Source: Eledone cirrhosa
Taxonomy: Eukaryota
Direction of reading: 5' to 3'
NCBI GenBank assembly: GCA_964016885.1
Contig: CAXHJY010001058.1
Location: 1-64,000, forward strand
DNA length: 64,000 bases
In this document: positions 27,800 to 42,860 of the stretch, one piece after another
How positions within the stretch are numbered: the first letter of the stretch is position 1
Layout of the letters: every line of letters starts with the position of its first letter
Position numbers and translations under genes: made by a program
The notes under the pieces: generated by a model
What the model was told of the DNA's origin: nothing
Databases searched by the model: none
Seen by the model: the letters and a program-made list of their open reading frames with translations, nothing else

Positions 27800-28162
27800 T
27801 TCTCCTCTTGGTCGAGAAAAAAATTTGGTCGTTCTGACTGCTGCTAGTTATAGTGGTAGTAAGTTAACCTCCCTGCCTTTGCCTCTATCTTTACACACGG
27901 CACTGGACAGAATTGCTCCCACATCATTCATTCTCATCTCGGGAACAATTTTGAATAGCGCCAGTTCGTAATTTGAACTCGGGAATTTTATATTCTCCGA
28001 GTGAAAAGATCCTTCTGACGAGACTTTATCTTTGCAACGGATGCCGTATGGACTATCCGTTTATTTTTGAGACTCGAAACCGATTCGGTAAAGGTAACCA
28101 AAGTGAGTAAAGTTAATTTTTTAAAATTTATTTTGAAACTTTTTCTTAGTTGCTAAACCTTG

Positions 28163-28165
<3 letters not shown>
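27800..28165 (+). mobile_element. Diverged 5'-truncated copy of the 478-bp HHR element
   Basis: Alignable by eye to 23775-24131; ends gctaaaccttgat-(TA)n. Confidence 0.8.
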
Positions 28166-28221
<56 letters not shown>

Positions 28222-28784
28222 CATAAACATACTGTATATGTATAGCAACATACAGCTTTATTCTCAACCACGATATGTTAGTTCCATTGCTAATAAATAT
28301 AAATACCCGAGACTGAACGAAGGAAACGGCATGAAGAAATCAGCTATGAAAGAGAACCTCCAGCAAGGGAACTACAAAAGAGTGTGTATAGTAATAAATT
28401 GTGAGGTGTATGCTAATAACATACAAAGCTAGTAACATACATATGGTAGTAAGTTACAAAGCAATACTCGTCGTTACATACAATTTCAGTATCATCAATT
28501 GGAAAATTAACATCCAAAAACTCGACACCAAGCTAAAAAAGGTTCTAAACACAGAGAAGTTAAAAGAAGTGTGTCCTAAGACACGAGGCTCATCAGGACA
28601 GGGCGTATCTTCTTTTGTTTTCTGGTGTTAAGCGACTAACAGTACAGGACTTTCCCCTTAACAGGACACCAGTCCATTGTATGGATATCCCCCAGTTCCT
28701 GCTGGTACTCATTTTCAGTTGAGTGAACTGGAACGATGTAAATGTTCTAAGCCGAAAATTGTGTTTTCCGAAGCTCTACCAGTA

Positions 28785-29095
28785 GTACTTTATTTGAACT
28801 TGTGTCGACATTCACCCTGGAAGGGTTGAGCTGGCCACTTCCCTTGTCCTGACAGCATCCCAAACCATGGCGGCCCATGCACGAATTTCCCGGGCTAGGT
28901 CACTGGAGATAGCGAGCCAGTCACGGTTCCATCGGCGCAGGCCGACCAGAGAGTTCGGAGAGGGCCTCCTTTATCGTCGCTGCCCATGTCTTCAGCTGCC
29001 CGCCAACGCGCTTGCGCCAATTAGGGAGTGGGAAGAGAACATCGAGCGGTCAACTCACCCTCAGGGCACCGGGCTGCGTGACCAAACCATCTAGC
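28785..29095 (-). mobile_element. RTE-clade LINE 3' fragment
   Basis: RWFGHAAR...LPNWRKRVGGQLKTWAATIKE...RRWNRDWLAISSDLA...AWAAMV (frameshifted). Confidence 0.8.
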
Positions 29096-29119
29096 GGTAG
29101 TGCCAATCCACCATAATAA

Positions 29120-29310
29120 TTATTGTTTCTACTTTTGGCACAAGGCCAGCAATTATCCCAGTGCATTACTGGTACTTATTTTATCGACCCCGTAAGGATG
29201 AAAGGCAAAGTTAGCCTCGGTGGGATTTGAAATCAGAACGTAAATGGCCGTAACTCTATGCTGCAAAGCATGGTCTCTGACGCTCTACCGATACTGCCAA
29301 TCCACCGCCC

Positions 29311-29341
<31 letters not shown>

Positions 29342-30020
29342 TGTTTCTATATTTGCACAAGGCCAGTAATTTTAAGGAAGGGGAAAGTCAATTAAATCGA
29401 TCTCAGTGCATTACTGGTGTTTTATTTATCGATCCCCGTAAGGATGAAAGGCAAAGTTAACCTCAGCGGGATTTGAACTCAGAACGCAAAGGGCCGTAAT
29501 TCCATGCTGAATAATAACAAATGATTTAGGCACAAGACCAGTAATTTAGTTGTGGATGGGTTTATTATATAGACCTTGACTCATGTTTTATTGATTCTAG
29601 GAACAATGAAAGGCCAAGTTGACTTTAAACTCAGAACCTAAAGAGTTGACATTTTCCCCTGACTCTCTAACATTTCTGCTGATCCACAAACAGCATTACA
29701 CATATCCATAGCACACAGTACTGTACTGAAAATGAAAGCTACCCTCCGAGGCACAAATCTGAGTAAGGTTTTTTGTGGAAGACCACCCATACATACCAGC
29801 CACCGCTCTCCATGCCAATGATGTTGTCCGAGGGAAAGGCAGAAGCCGATACAACTTGGCACCAGTGACGTCGCAACACATTTCTACAGCTGAGTAAACT
29901 GGAACAACGTGAAATAAAGTGTCTTGCTAAAGAACACAACGCAAAGCCAAGTCTGAGAATCGAACTCACAACCACATGACTGTAAGCCCGACGCTCTAAC
30001 CACCAAGCCCTGCACATTAG
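29120..30020 (-). mobile_element. SINE cluster (several copies, at least two families)
   Basis: SINE consensus at 29120-29310 and 29340-29510, decayed 29525-29640, second tRNA-headed family about 29740-30015. Confidence 0.75.
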
Positions 30021-30237
30021 CATGGTAATGCAGTGACATCACACAATGATAATAAGACTAATGATAATATTAATAATTATTCTGAATTGTAAACAATGGT
30101 TTCTTTATTGATTGGACATATAACTATTTTAATCCTATTAATGTTTTTATGTATCTAAAATTTCAATGAATTTGTTTTTAGTTTTCTTTTACTGATTTTA
30201 CTTTTCAGATATGGATTGTATAACCTGCATTGACTGT

Positions 30238-30283
<46 letters not shown>

Positions 30284-30550
30284 ATGGAAATTGTGTTTTT
30301 ATGAAGAAGAAATCGAAGGAATATCATTGTCATTTGTTGTTCTACGTTTAGAATTTCAGAAAATATATTCTTTTATTGTTTGAATTCACTGAAGAATACA
30401 AAACGAAACATAGCAAAACAAAATGAATGAAAAAATTAAAGAAAATTGAGAAAATCTATTTGTTTGCTAAGGAAAAAATTATCAAACAATTATTTCCCTT
30501 TAGAGACCAAATATGACGTCATTAATTTCCTTTCTGTGAATTTCTTGTGT

Positions 30551-30615
<65 letters not shown>

Positions 30616-30814
30616 TGTGCGTGCGTGTATATATATATATATGAATAAATGAGCCTGTGTTTTTGTATGTGTGTGTGTTATTGAAGATTTTTTTAAGCCA
30701 TGGTTTGTTATATACAAAGAAATATAATGCTGAGTTAGCAATTTAGATAATCTCTATCAATTTCAATATCCGTATGTTTAGACTTTGTATTTTTTACAGC
30801 AATTTATGCACAAA

Positions 30815-32690
30815 ACCTGCTATTTTAAGGAAGGTGGGAGTCAATCATATTGATTAAAGTGTTTGACTGGAACTTTATTTTATCAAACGCACAAAGATGA
30901 AAGGCAAAATTTTCTTCGACGGGAATTGAACTCAGAATTTTAAAAGGTGTATAAAATATCGCAAAGCATTTTCTTCGATCTCTAATGACTTTGCCGATCG
31001 TCCACAATATCCAGAGCTCTAATAGTACTTTCTAGCATTGGCACAAAGCCAGCTATTTGGGAGAAGAGGTAAGTTAATTAACTGCTACTTTTATTTTATC
31101 AACCCCGGCGAGATTTGAACACAGAATGAAGAACACGTATGTCCGATAATAATTATTTCTAATATTGACATAAGACCAGTGCTTTGAAGGAAAAGTAAGT
31201 GGGGAAACATTTTATTTCAAGCCATGTACATAACTGGTACTTTATTTAAATGACTCCTAAAAGATGAAAGGTTAAGTTGACCTCGGCGGGATTTGAACTC
31301 AGAACGTAGACGGTTGAAAATAAATGCCAACAAGAATTTTGTCCGACGCGCTAACGGTATTGCCAATCCTCACCCTTATAAAAAGTAATTAGCAATAATA
31401 ATTGTTTCTACTTTTGGCACAAGGCCAGCAATTATCCCAGTGTATTACTGGTGCTTTATTGTATCGACCCCGTAACGATGAAAGGCAAAGCTAACCTCGG
31501 CGGGATTTGAACTCGGACAATGATAATAATAATCATTCCTAACTTTTGCATAAGGCCAACAAGTGGAGGGAAGTGAAAAGGTGGTTATATCGACTCTAGT
31601 ACTTGACTGATACTTTATTTTATTGACCCCAGACGTATGAAAGACAGAGTTGATCTCAGTATGATTTGAACCCTGAGTGCAGTGAGCCCGTCAAATACTG
31701 ATACATTTAATCCGACACCCAAACAATGTTGCTAATTTGCCACCTTAATGCAACACGAACAGAATATATAATTACTGCCTATGTTTACTTTATATATTGA
31801 CATATGCAAACTGTCTAAACTTGTGGCAATCGGTCAGAGAAATATCTGAAGAGGGGCCTATTCTCAGTTTCCATTAGCATGACAGCCCTGCTATCGTAAA
31901 ATATCAATCAATACTTTTGTTTGTCTTTCTCGTTTTATAGCTAGATTTCATTTATTTATTTACTTACTTCTTTATTCATGTAGTTATTACTATGATTATC
32001 AAGGGTGATAGGGCGATTGATTGGCAGTATCGGTAGAGCGTCGGACAATATGCTTTGCAGCATAGAGATATGGCCCTTTACGCTCTAAGTTCAAATCTCA
32101 CCGAGGTTAGCTTTGCCTTTCGTCCTACGGGGTCGATGAAATAAAGTACTAGTAATGCACTGGGATCTATTTAATCAACCTTCCCCTACCGCCAAATTAC
32201 TGGCCTTGTGCCTAAATCAGAAACCATTATGATTATCAAGGTGGTAGGGCGTTGGATTGGCAGAATCGTTAGAGCGTTGCGGAAAATGTTTTGTGGCATT
32301 CGTTCCTGCTCTTTACATTTAAATTCGAATCTCACCGAAGTTATCTTTGCCTTTCATCCTTACGGGGTCGATAAAATAAAGTACCAGTCACGCACTGGGA
32401 TCGATTGAATCGACTTTCATTCCCCAAAATTGCTGGCCTTGTGCCTATATAAGAAACCATTATTATGAAGGAAGGTGAATTAGCAGAGTTATTAATGCGC
32501 AGGACTAATGCTTAGTAGTATTTCTTCAGGCTCTTATCTTCTGAGTTCGAATCCCATCGAGGTAAACTTTGTTTTTCATCCTTCCAGGAATCGATAAAAT
32601 AAAATAAAGGTGGTCATGTACTGGGGTTAATCGAATTTGTTAGCCTCCCTAGATTGCAGGCCATGTACCTAAATTAAAAGTCATTATTAT
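30815..32690. mobile_element. Cluster of mostly decayed SINEs in both orientations
   Basis: Repeated tcgacccc..aaggatgaaaggcaaag..gatttgaactcag core; minus copies 30815-31745, plus copies 32010-32690. Confidence 0.75.
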
Positions 32691-33570
32691 TCCGCCCTTG
32701 TCTTCGCTCCTAGGGTAACTACTCCCAACACAATTAAATTGGCAGTCTAACTTCATAGAAGCAACACTGTGTCTAACATAGACAACGAACAATGTATCAC
32801 AATCATCAATAACTACTACACCATGAATAGAACAATAACCACTCCTAGATTCCTTATTATTAATGTTATATCTTTGTTCTTTGTCCTTGACTTCTTAGTT
32901 AACTAGCTCACAACACAAGGATTGGCGTATTAACATTATGGAAAAACACACAATGTCCAAAAGCCGACTGGGTCTTAAAACTAGACACACGGGCATCCAG
33001 AAGACACTGACTAACAAGCAGATTACTTGTGATGACCAGAAGTATGTTTTCACTGCTCAGCTAAGCAAACCTGCCAACTCTCCCCATCCGACGGGGAGAT
33101 CTGCCACGCACTTTGGGGTGAGTGAAATATGTCTTCTCTTGCGAAAATGGGTAGAGCTTCCATTATGTAAAATTTCCCCATTTTACCTCATTTCTCCCCG
33201 TTTTGGGGCACTTTTTTCGTGGTACTCCCCATTTGGGCTTTTAGAGGTTGTCAATTACCGTTTTAGCTTGTTTTTCTTTTCCTTGTCCAGCCCAGTGGAC
33301 TTTGGCGAAATGCCTGTATGGTCAGTCCGAATCAAATGGTGGTTAACAGACAATTAACAACGTTACGCAATCCTCATCAACAACAACAACAACAATACAA
33401 AGAACATAAAACCACTACCAACATAATTAGTGTCGCTATAGTCTTATCTTTCTCCCTTATCACCTCCTGTAAAACAAGTTTCGATATTTACATAACTTGT
33501 ATGAAAGACACCTGACAAGATCTATAATTAATTTTTCATAATAAAGTGCTTGGACATACACATATATGTC

Positions 33571-33642
<72 letters not shown>

Positions 33643-34010
33643 ATTTATGTATAGACAGTAATTAAACCTTTTTTCTGTCTAGAGTTGATATTGAGTCATT
33701 GGTAATAAGTGTGAACGAAGTTTGTAGATCGAATTCAGTTAAAGATGGGACACCAATGCCATCGGCATATGGTAGCCCCGAGTTGTGTACAGTCCTGCTG
33801 TGGGGCAACTTGGGGTATGTGTCTTCTATCAAAGCTTCGAAGACACTACCAGTTTTCTCTTCAGAAAATAAATTTCACTCTCTGTATTCTATCCACATTT
33901 ATTGAGGGTTCATTCAAGTAAATGTCTGAATACTTTATGTACAATGGTATTTAAGACACTTCAGTATTTGTGTGTGTGGGGGGGGGCGTGTGAGTGTGTG
34001 CACGCGCGCG

Positions 34011-34016
<6 letters not shown>

Positions 34017-34044
<28 letters not shown>

Positions 34045-34783
34045 CATACATATACATATATATATATATACATATACATATACATATATATACATATACA
34101 TATATATACATATACATATATACATATATATATACATATACATATATATATATACATATACATATATATATATACATATATATATATACATATACATATA
34201 TATATATACATATACATATATATATATACATATACATATATATATATACATATACATATATATATATACATATACATATATATACATATACATATATATA
34301 TATACATATATATATATATACATATATATATATACATATATACATATACATATATATACATATACATATACATATATATATACATATATATATACATATA
34401 CATATATATATACATATACATATATATATATACATATACATATATATATATACATATACATATATATATATATACATATATATATATACATATACATATA
34501 TATATACATATATATATATACATATACATATATATATATATACATATACATATATATATATACATATATATATATACATATACATATATATATATACATA
34601 TACATATATACATATACATATATATATATACATATACATATATACATATATATATATACATATACATATATACATATACATATATACATATACATATACA
34701 TATATACATATATATATACATATATATATATACATATATATATATACATATACATATATATATACATATATATATACATATAC

Positions 34784-34814
<31 letters not shown>

Positions 34815-34863
34815 CATATATATATATACATATACATATATACATATATATATATACATATAC

Positions 34864-34894
<31 letters not shown>

Positions 34895-34969
34895 TATATA
34901 TATATATACACATATACATATACATATATATATACATATACATATATATATATACATATACATATATAC

Positions 34970-35018
<49 letters not shown>

Positions 35019-35043
35019 TATATATATATATATACACATATAC

Positions 35044-35074
<31 letters not shown>

Positions 35075-35109
35075 CATATATATATATACATATACATATA
35101 TACATATAC

Positions 35110-35140
<31 letters not shown>

Positions 35141-35177
35141 TATATATATATACACATATACATATATATATATACAC

Positions 35178-35224
<47 letters not shown>

Positions 35225-35242
35225 TATACATATATATATATA
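34017..35242. repeat. About 1.2-kb (TA)n/(CATATA)n tract
   Basis: Directly visible. Confidence 0.95.
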
Positions 35243-36140
35243 TGTGTGTGCGTGTGTGTGTAAGAATAACATTAATAAAGATGCTGATATTACATAAATC
35301 GTTTATTCATAATAATTATTTCAACAGTTCTCGTATGCAATCCAAAATGTAATTCATATATTTGTTGTTGTTATGAGTACGGAATCCTCAGATGAAAATT
35401 CAGTCAACTGTACGTTAATTTCATGAGTAGGATGCTCGGTTGTTCGAACTAGAACACCTGTCATTGGAACCCTAGGACATCCAACATGAGTATGTGTGTG
35501 TGTATATATATATATCTGTGTGTGTATATATGTCTGTGTGTGTGCATATATGCCTGTGTGTGTGTATGTGTTGGAGATGTGCCTGTGCGCGTGTGTATGT
35601 TAGGGATGATTCTGAAAAGAAAATGAGGTCGGGGTGGTGGATGGAGGGAAATGAGGTTCGGTTGTAGGTAAAGATTTCTTTTAAAATGGTGTCAGGCTGA
35701 AATATTTCAAAACAAATGAAAAAGCACAACAAAATAAAACATTATGACATTGAATCTATTTCAAGATTTTCATTTCAAAAAGCAACAACAACAATAAAAA
35801 CAATATTCATAAACAATACTAATAAATAAACAACAACATCAACAACAACATCAGCAATAAAAATAAAATAACAACTCACCCACTTCCAAATGGGTTAATG
35901 GATATTTGATCTTCATTTAGAAGGTAGAGAGTTGAGGTGTTGCAGGAAATATTCGGTAGTGAAATAGAGAAGATGGGGGGATGGGGGTGAGATGATGTTG
36001 ACTATCTGTAATACATTCCTTCCGGTTTGTGTCAACGTCGTTCAGGTTCAAGTTGTTTCTTTTTTTTAAATTTCTATATGGTAAGATTCCTTCCGTTTTA
36101 CTGAAATAATAATAAGAAGAATATCGATAATAATAATACT

Positions 36141-38417
36141 AGTTTCTGATTTAAGCACAAGGCCTTCACATTTTGCGGGGAGAGGGGGAAAGTCAATTAC
36201 ATCAACCTCAGTGCATTACTGGTACTTTATTTTGTTGACCCCGTAATGATGAAAGGCAAAGCTAACCTCGGCGGTATTTGAAATCAGAACGTAAAGAGCC
36301 GTAACTCTATGCTGCAAAGCTTGGTGTCCGACGCTCTACCCATACTGTTTTTTTGCGGGGGGGTTCGATTAAATCGATCCCAGTAGGTTACTGGTACTTT
36401 CAGTGGGATTTGAACTCAGAACTTAGAAATTCGTAACTAAATATCTCTTAGCATTTTGTCCTCCACCCTAATTATTCTTCCTATCACCCCCACCCCCAGC
36501 AGCAGCCACCGCTACACCAACAACAATAATAACAATAATTACAACAACAGCAACGAAATCACAGAGGGACGTCTCATATAAAAGTAGGCAGCTTGACTGC
36601 TCAGAAAAATATCTAATAACAACATTAAAAAAATAACAACAAATCAATTTTTTTTAGAATTAACGAAAATGCTGAAAGATAGCAGCGTAAGTAATACGTG
36701 TAAAATTTATTGATCATTGCCTCATATAATTGCTGCATTACAAATCTTTATAGCATTCGATGATTTCATACTATGTATGAACAAATATCGGAGTATGGTT
36801 TTTATCATCACAAGACCGATGCCACTGCATCCCCATCCAGCCTTTCACATACACAAAGGACAAATAAAGGCTTCTAATTTAGGCTCCAGACCAGTAATTT
36901 AGAAGAGTAAAAGAATTTTAAAGAGGAGCATGTGTAACGAAGGAAAGGCCACAGACAAGATTATTCAAAACAACAAATAGAGGATCTACAGAATCGTGGA
37001 AGACCATAGCAATAGAAGCGGTTCAAATACTACAACTAAAATAAAATAAAAATAATGATTTTTAGTATAGGCACAAGGCCAGTAATTTGGGGGAAGGGAA
37101 AAGTTGATTAAATCGAAGCAGTACATTACTGGTACTTTATTTTATCGATCCTGTAAGGATGAAAGGCAAAGCTAACCTCAGCGGGATTTGAACTCAGAAC
37201 GTAAAGAGACGTAATTCTATACTGCGAAGCATGGAGTCTAACGCTCTGCCAATACTGTCAATCCAGCACCCTAAAACCAAAGCCAAAGCCAAAATAATAA
37301 AAAGGAAATATTCAAAATCCCAAAAAGGTAATGAACTAATCATTATTTCGGACCAAGAAAACAATGTTTTCATTGGTATTTCCATTGCTGATATTATCTG
37401 CAGGTCGGAACTCAGCTGAAAGGGGTTCGATTTGAACCCAGAATGCACAGAGCCGGATCAGATACCGCAATGCATCCTGTCTTACTATTTAACTTCTTCG
37501 TCCCCTTTTACCTGAGAGGGTCGTGAAGGCAGAGTCCTCAAGCACTCCTTCCAGTGAGTCCTGTCAGAAGCAACCGTCTCCAACTGATCCGGCGCTGTAT
37601 TCCCAAGCGAGACCAGCCAAGCTTATCCAGTCATCTTCCGTAAATTCACCACCTTTAAATTGGTACTTTGTTTATCGATCACAAAGTGACAAAAGGCAAA
37701 CTTGACATCGGCGAGATTTGAAGTAGGAACACAGAGACTCGGAACAAATACCGACACTTTCATACCTACCTGAAACAATAAAATACCGCTAAATCGCAAA
37801 GAATCCATCGGTGTGAAAAATGTCAGCTATTCTATGAATAAAACAAATAATTCGACTCCAACCCAAAATAATTTTAACAAGAACTAGAGGAAAATGAAAT
37901 TAATAGAGCATCAACTGCAAGTAGAGGAATTTGGTGAGGAATACGTGAATAAGAAGAGTTACTACGGTTTAAGTTGTTCAAAACAACAAATACAGTATCG
38001 GAACAATCGCGAGAGATGATAACGACAGAAATAGATTATGTATTTAAAAGAAAACTGGAACTTCTAGTTAAAATATTTATTTTACAGGTGCACATAAACT
38101 ACTTGCATAGATACTAGTCCTAACACTAACGCTTATCGTACCTGTCTCGCTTAGGAGAAAACCATATTAATCCCCAAACTAAAGAAACAGAGAACCCAAA
38201 GAAAATAATGATTTCTTATATAGGTACAAGGCCAGCAATTTGTGGGGAGGGGAATCGATTAAATCGACTCGACCCCAGTGCGTGACTGGTACTTTATTTT
38301 ATCGACCCCGTAAGGATGAAAGGCAATGTTAACCTCGGCGGGATTTGAACTCAGATCATAAAGGGCCGTAACTCTATGCTGCAAAGCATGGTGTCCGACG
38401 CTCTACCGATACTGCCA
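36141..38417 (-). mobile_element. Dispersed SINE copies (36141-36347, 37060-37270, 38208-38417, plus fragments)
   Basis: Same consensus as the other SINE copies. Confidence 0.75.
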
Positions 38418-39287
38418 AAACTACAGACTCATAACCTAACCTGTTACTCTGACTATTACCCATGTGTTTGGTCACCCCGTGTACTAATGTCTAAGTTTAT
38501 CAGCGAATTCGTGAAATATATCTGATTGTCTCTGTGCTTCCTCCTTACTTTCGAAAGTCAGGCAAATGTTCTTGTAGGCTTTGTTATTTTCGGTACATAG
38601 AGATTCCTTCAATTCGTCTTTTGAAAGCATAAAATAAGCATATCTTCCTTTTGGGAGATAAAAGTAGAACAGTTTTCTTTGTGCCTGCAACTGAATATAA
38701 TCTTCGGGCTAGAAAATATAGTTCTTTTTGACCCAATGTAGCCACTGGCCCATTTTGGATTGTGCTTTCGATATGTCAAAAGATTCACCATTTGAGGTTT
38801 TAAGACTTCACATGTGCACTCTTCACTCGGTGATCTTTAAATCTGTATGTGTCAAAGTTATTTTTGTTGATGTTGTTCTTGACACGTAACGAACCACTAA
38901 AAACACTTAGTTTGTTTCAGAAAATACCATGTTTATAGACTGCCCATTACTGGCATCGTGACCATAGCGAAAAAACTATTTTTCTTTTGCTGTGTTCTTC
39001 GATCGACAAGTGTGTGAGTGTGTATGTGTGTGTATGTGTATGTGTGTGCGTGTGTGTGTGAACGTGCGACGTTGTTGTTAGTTTATTTATATCATGAAAA
39101 TTTATATCTACGGATATTAAATTGTGTCTGTAACAGTCTATGCCTTCCAGTGAATTCGGCTTTCTTTAAATATTGTTAGGTTTTTTTTTAAGAGAAAATA
39201 ACTCGTTTTAAAGTATTTGACACTTGTCTGTGTGGTTTGTTTTTATACAACGTTCTCTCGCTCCCCCCCCTCTCTCTCTCTCCCCCA

Positions 39288-40311
39288 CCCCCCCCTCTCT
39301 CTCTCGTCGATGTGTTACATTTTGTCTGGTGCAATACTAGATGTTAAAATAAAATGCTATCTAAAATATAACTGACCTTACGTTTATCCTAGGCATTGAA
39401 ATAAATGTCCTGATATTACAAAATGTCTGTTGTGGTGGTGGAGGTGATCAGAGTCTGATTTGATGAGGGGGGGGGGGCAAAAGGGGTCAATTGCCCAAGG
39501 CCCCCTGTATGAAGGGGCGGGGTGACTAGCGACGTCCATAGCAAAGGCTGTTTAGCTTTAAGATGGTTCGAATTTTTTAATTTAATACCTGCATGTATAA
39601 CTTTTCAATTCCAGTTACTTGCGCCAAGTTAAATTTGATATGTAAAATTGGGGGGTTACAATGTATTCTAATTGTTTGTGTATGAGGGCTCCCCACCACT
39701 ACCTGAAGTGCCCGGGGCCCCAAGGTCTAAATCCAACCACCCTGGTCCTGATATTACAAAATGTGTGTTGAGGGGGTAAGCATGGGGAAATTGCGTGAGT
39801 GGGGTGCGCGTATATGTGTGTTTTTGCTTATCTAGGCTCCTTACGTTTTGTATGCACGTGGTTGCAGGGTTGTATTTAAACCTTGGGTAGCTTGAGACAC
39901 TTCAGGTTGGGGTGGGGCTTATACACACAACAATAGAATACACGGTAACCCCCCAATTTTACATATCAAATTTAACTTGGCGCAAGTAACTGGAATTGAA
40001 AAGTTATACATGCAGGTATTAAATTAAAAAATTCGAACCATCTTAAAGCTAAACAGCCTTTGTTATGGACGTCGCTAGTCACCCCGCCCCTCCATAATGC
40101 GGGCCTTGGGCAATTGACCCCCCCCCCCCCCCATCAAATCAGACTCTGATCACCTCCACCACCACAACAGACATTTTGTAATATCAGGACATCTATTTCA
40201 ATGCCTAGGATAAACGTAAGGTCTGTTATATTTTAGATAGCATTTTATTTTAAAATCTAGTATTGCACCAGACAAAATGTAACACATCGACGAGAGAGAG
40301 AGGGGGGGGGG
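39288..40311. repeat. About 370-bp inverted duplication (39288-39658 / 39945-40311) overlapping a MITE
   Basis: Reverse-complement match with few differences; MITE 39449-39744 related to 47154-47447. Confidence 0.85.
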
Positions 40312-41273
40312 ATACAGGTATTAAATTAAAACATTCTAATCATCCTAAACTTAAAAAAGCCCAGCTGAGGGCACAAATAAATTGCTACGGTCGTCGTTCA
40401 TGAGCCCTCCTCCCAGTGCAGGGGGCCTGAGGCAATTTCCTCCTTTGACACCCCCCGCCCCTTCCTGCGTCCGACGGATTTCCAAAAGCACTCTCAGTCG
40501 CTTCACGCCACGGAAACCTGGATAAGCACCGGTCTGAGAAGCCTCCGAGCTTGAGACAGACTTGAGACAGATTTTTTTTAGTGTGTTACACGCGTGTGTA
40601 GGAGTGTGTGTGTGTTTGTATGAGAGTGTGTGTACATGGGTACGTGTGTATGAATATGTACGTCGCTATTTGTGTGATTACGTGTATATTTATAAATGTA
40701 TGTGTATGTATATATGTGTATGTATATATATGTGCGTGTGTATTGGTATGTGTATGTGAAGGAGAGGATATATGCGAGGTGTGTGATTAGACGTTACGTT
40801 CAGAAGGTGACACTCCCATTAGCATCGGTTCCGCCTAAAACGATTAATTCCTCCCATCCCCTCATCCATTTCTTCTTCTTCTTCTTCTTCTTCTTCTTCT
40901 TCTTCTCCTTCTTCTCATTCTTCTTCTTTATTGAGGCGGCATTTCATGTATTATCAAAGGTTTGAAAACAAACCCACTAATTTGGAATTAGCTTTTGAAA
41001 CGGCAAGAGTTCCGCCGCCGTGTCCCCAATCTTTATAATATAACCATACTCTACTATAACAAGTATCGAGTACTCTGTTGAGTAATGGTCTAACCAGTTT
41101 CAAACTGATTCCATCCTGATTTATATATATATAAATCAGGATGGAATCAGTTTGAAAGTATGTTTATGCATAGCTACGGCTTTCTAAATGTTTATCTATA
41201 AACATACCATATTTCTTTAGAAATACAAAATTCCAATACATATCTGTACACAGCTATGCTCGAAGCTAAATCC

Positions 41274-41333
<60 letters not shown>

Positions 41334-41408
41334 TAAAAAGGAAAAGAAAATGCTGACAAATTTATCCCAGTGAAAAATAGTTTAATTAGTAATAAGTATA
41401 AATTAGTA

Positions 41409-41596
41409 ATTGTTTCTACTTTTGGCACAAGGCCAGCAATTATCCAGTGCATTACTGGTACTTTATTTTATCGACCCCGTAAGGATGAAAGGCAAATTTA
41501 ACCTCGGCGGGATTTGAACTCAGATCGTAAAGGGACGTAACTATGCTGAAAAGCATGGCGCCCGACCCTCTACCGATACTGCCAATCCACCGCCCT
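41409..41596 (-). mobile_element. SINE with target-site duplication, inserted in an HHR-type element (41331-41710)
   Basis: taaattagtaat at 41399-41410 and 41597-41608; uninterrupted host homologue at 51574-51770. Confidence 0.8.
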
Positions 41597-42860
41597 TAAA
41601 TTAGTAATAAGTATTAGTTAGTATTCAGTGTTAGTTTTAAGTTTTTATTGGTTGCACATTTCTTATGCTTTTCAAAAATAATTTTGAGATAGAGTGCTCG
41701 TGATTTTTGCTATATATATATATATATATTATATATATATATATATCGTTATACTTGGGGGGGGGGGGGTCATATTTGTGTAATATTGCCAGAATTAATA
41801 ACAGAACACACTCACTGTTTGGTTGGTTTTCGCTTCTCGCTTCTGTGTCTTTTATATCGGTAATCTAACTTACTCGGTCCTCAATGTTGCCATTGACTGA
41901 CCGACGGTCAAAAATAATACAGATACAATATAGACACAAACACATATATATAGTTTATCATAAATTTTTCGTTGCACATCTGCAACATCGTCAGTGGTGT
42001 TATCGTTTCCTCCTGTTGTATTGTATGTCTACGCCATTTTTATTCAGTCTGTCTATATATATATTTATTTATTTGCTTGTTTGTTTATTTTATTTTGTCT
42101 TCTTTGCGCATGCGTTTGCGTGTGTGTATAGTGTTTTGTTTGCTGTGTGATGGGTGACTAGTGTGTGTTTATGTGCTTGTTGTTATTGTGCTTGTGTATG
42201 TATTTATTTATTTATTTATTTATTTATTTATTTTATTTTATTTACTTATTTATACTTCACTTAGGTCAGTGTTGTTTGTTTGGGTGTTGTTGTTATTCCA
42301 TTCATTCTTTCTGTTTAGTCTTGGTCTTCTAAGTTCTATTTCACTGGCCTCTCTGATTTGCCTATCTGCTGGGTCATTTCTATGTTTAGATATTATTCTA
42401 ATTTCTATGTTGTCTATGTTACCGTCATGTTGTTGTCTAGCATGTTCGTATAGTACTGACCCGTTTTTTCGTCCTTTTAGTTCCCCCCAGTGTTGGTCTA
42501 CCTTTCACCTATGCTACGAGCTGTCTCACCTATGTATGTTGTTGTCATGTTTCTGCAAGTACCCTCTGTACATCTTATGCTATAGACTACGTTTCTAGTT
42601 TTACAGTTTATCCGGGGGTTTACCTTACATATGATACATTTCCTATTGGTACAGTGGGTTTTCTTAAAAGGGTAGGTTTTCTTAAAAGGGTAGACTTACC
42701 TACGACACTGACTACCTAGACAGCCATGACCTTAGACGTTTCTGCCCTAGTAGACCTATAAGAGGTAGACCCCCCACCATAACATCAATGGCAAAAAAGA
42801 CTCTACGGACCCCCCAAAAAGACTATACGGACCCCCCAAAACAATGACCAGGTAAGAAAA

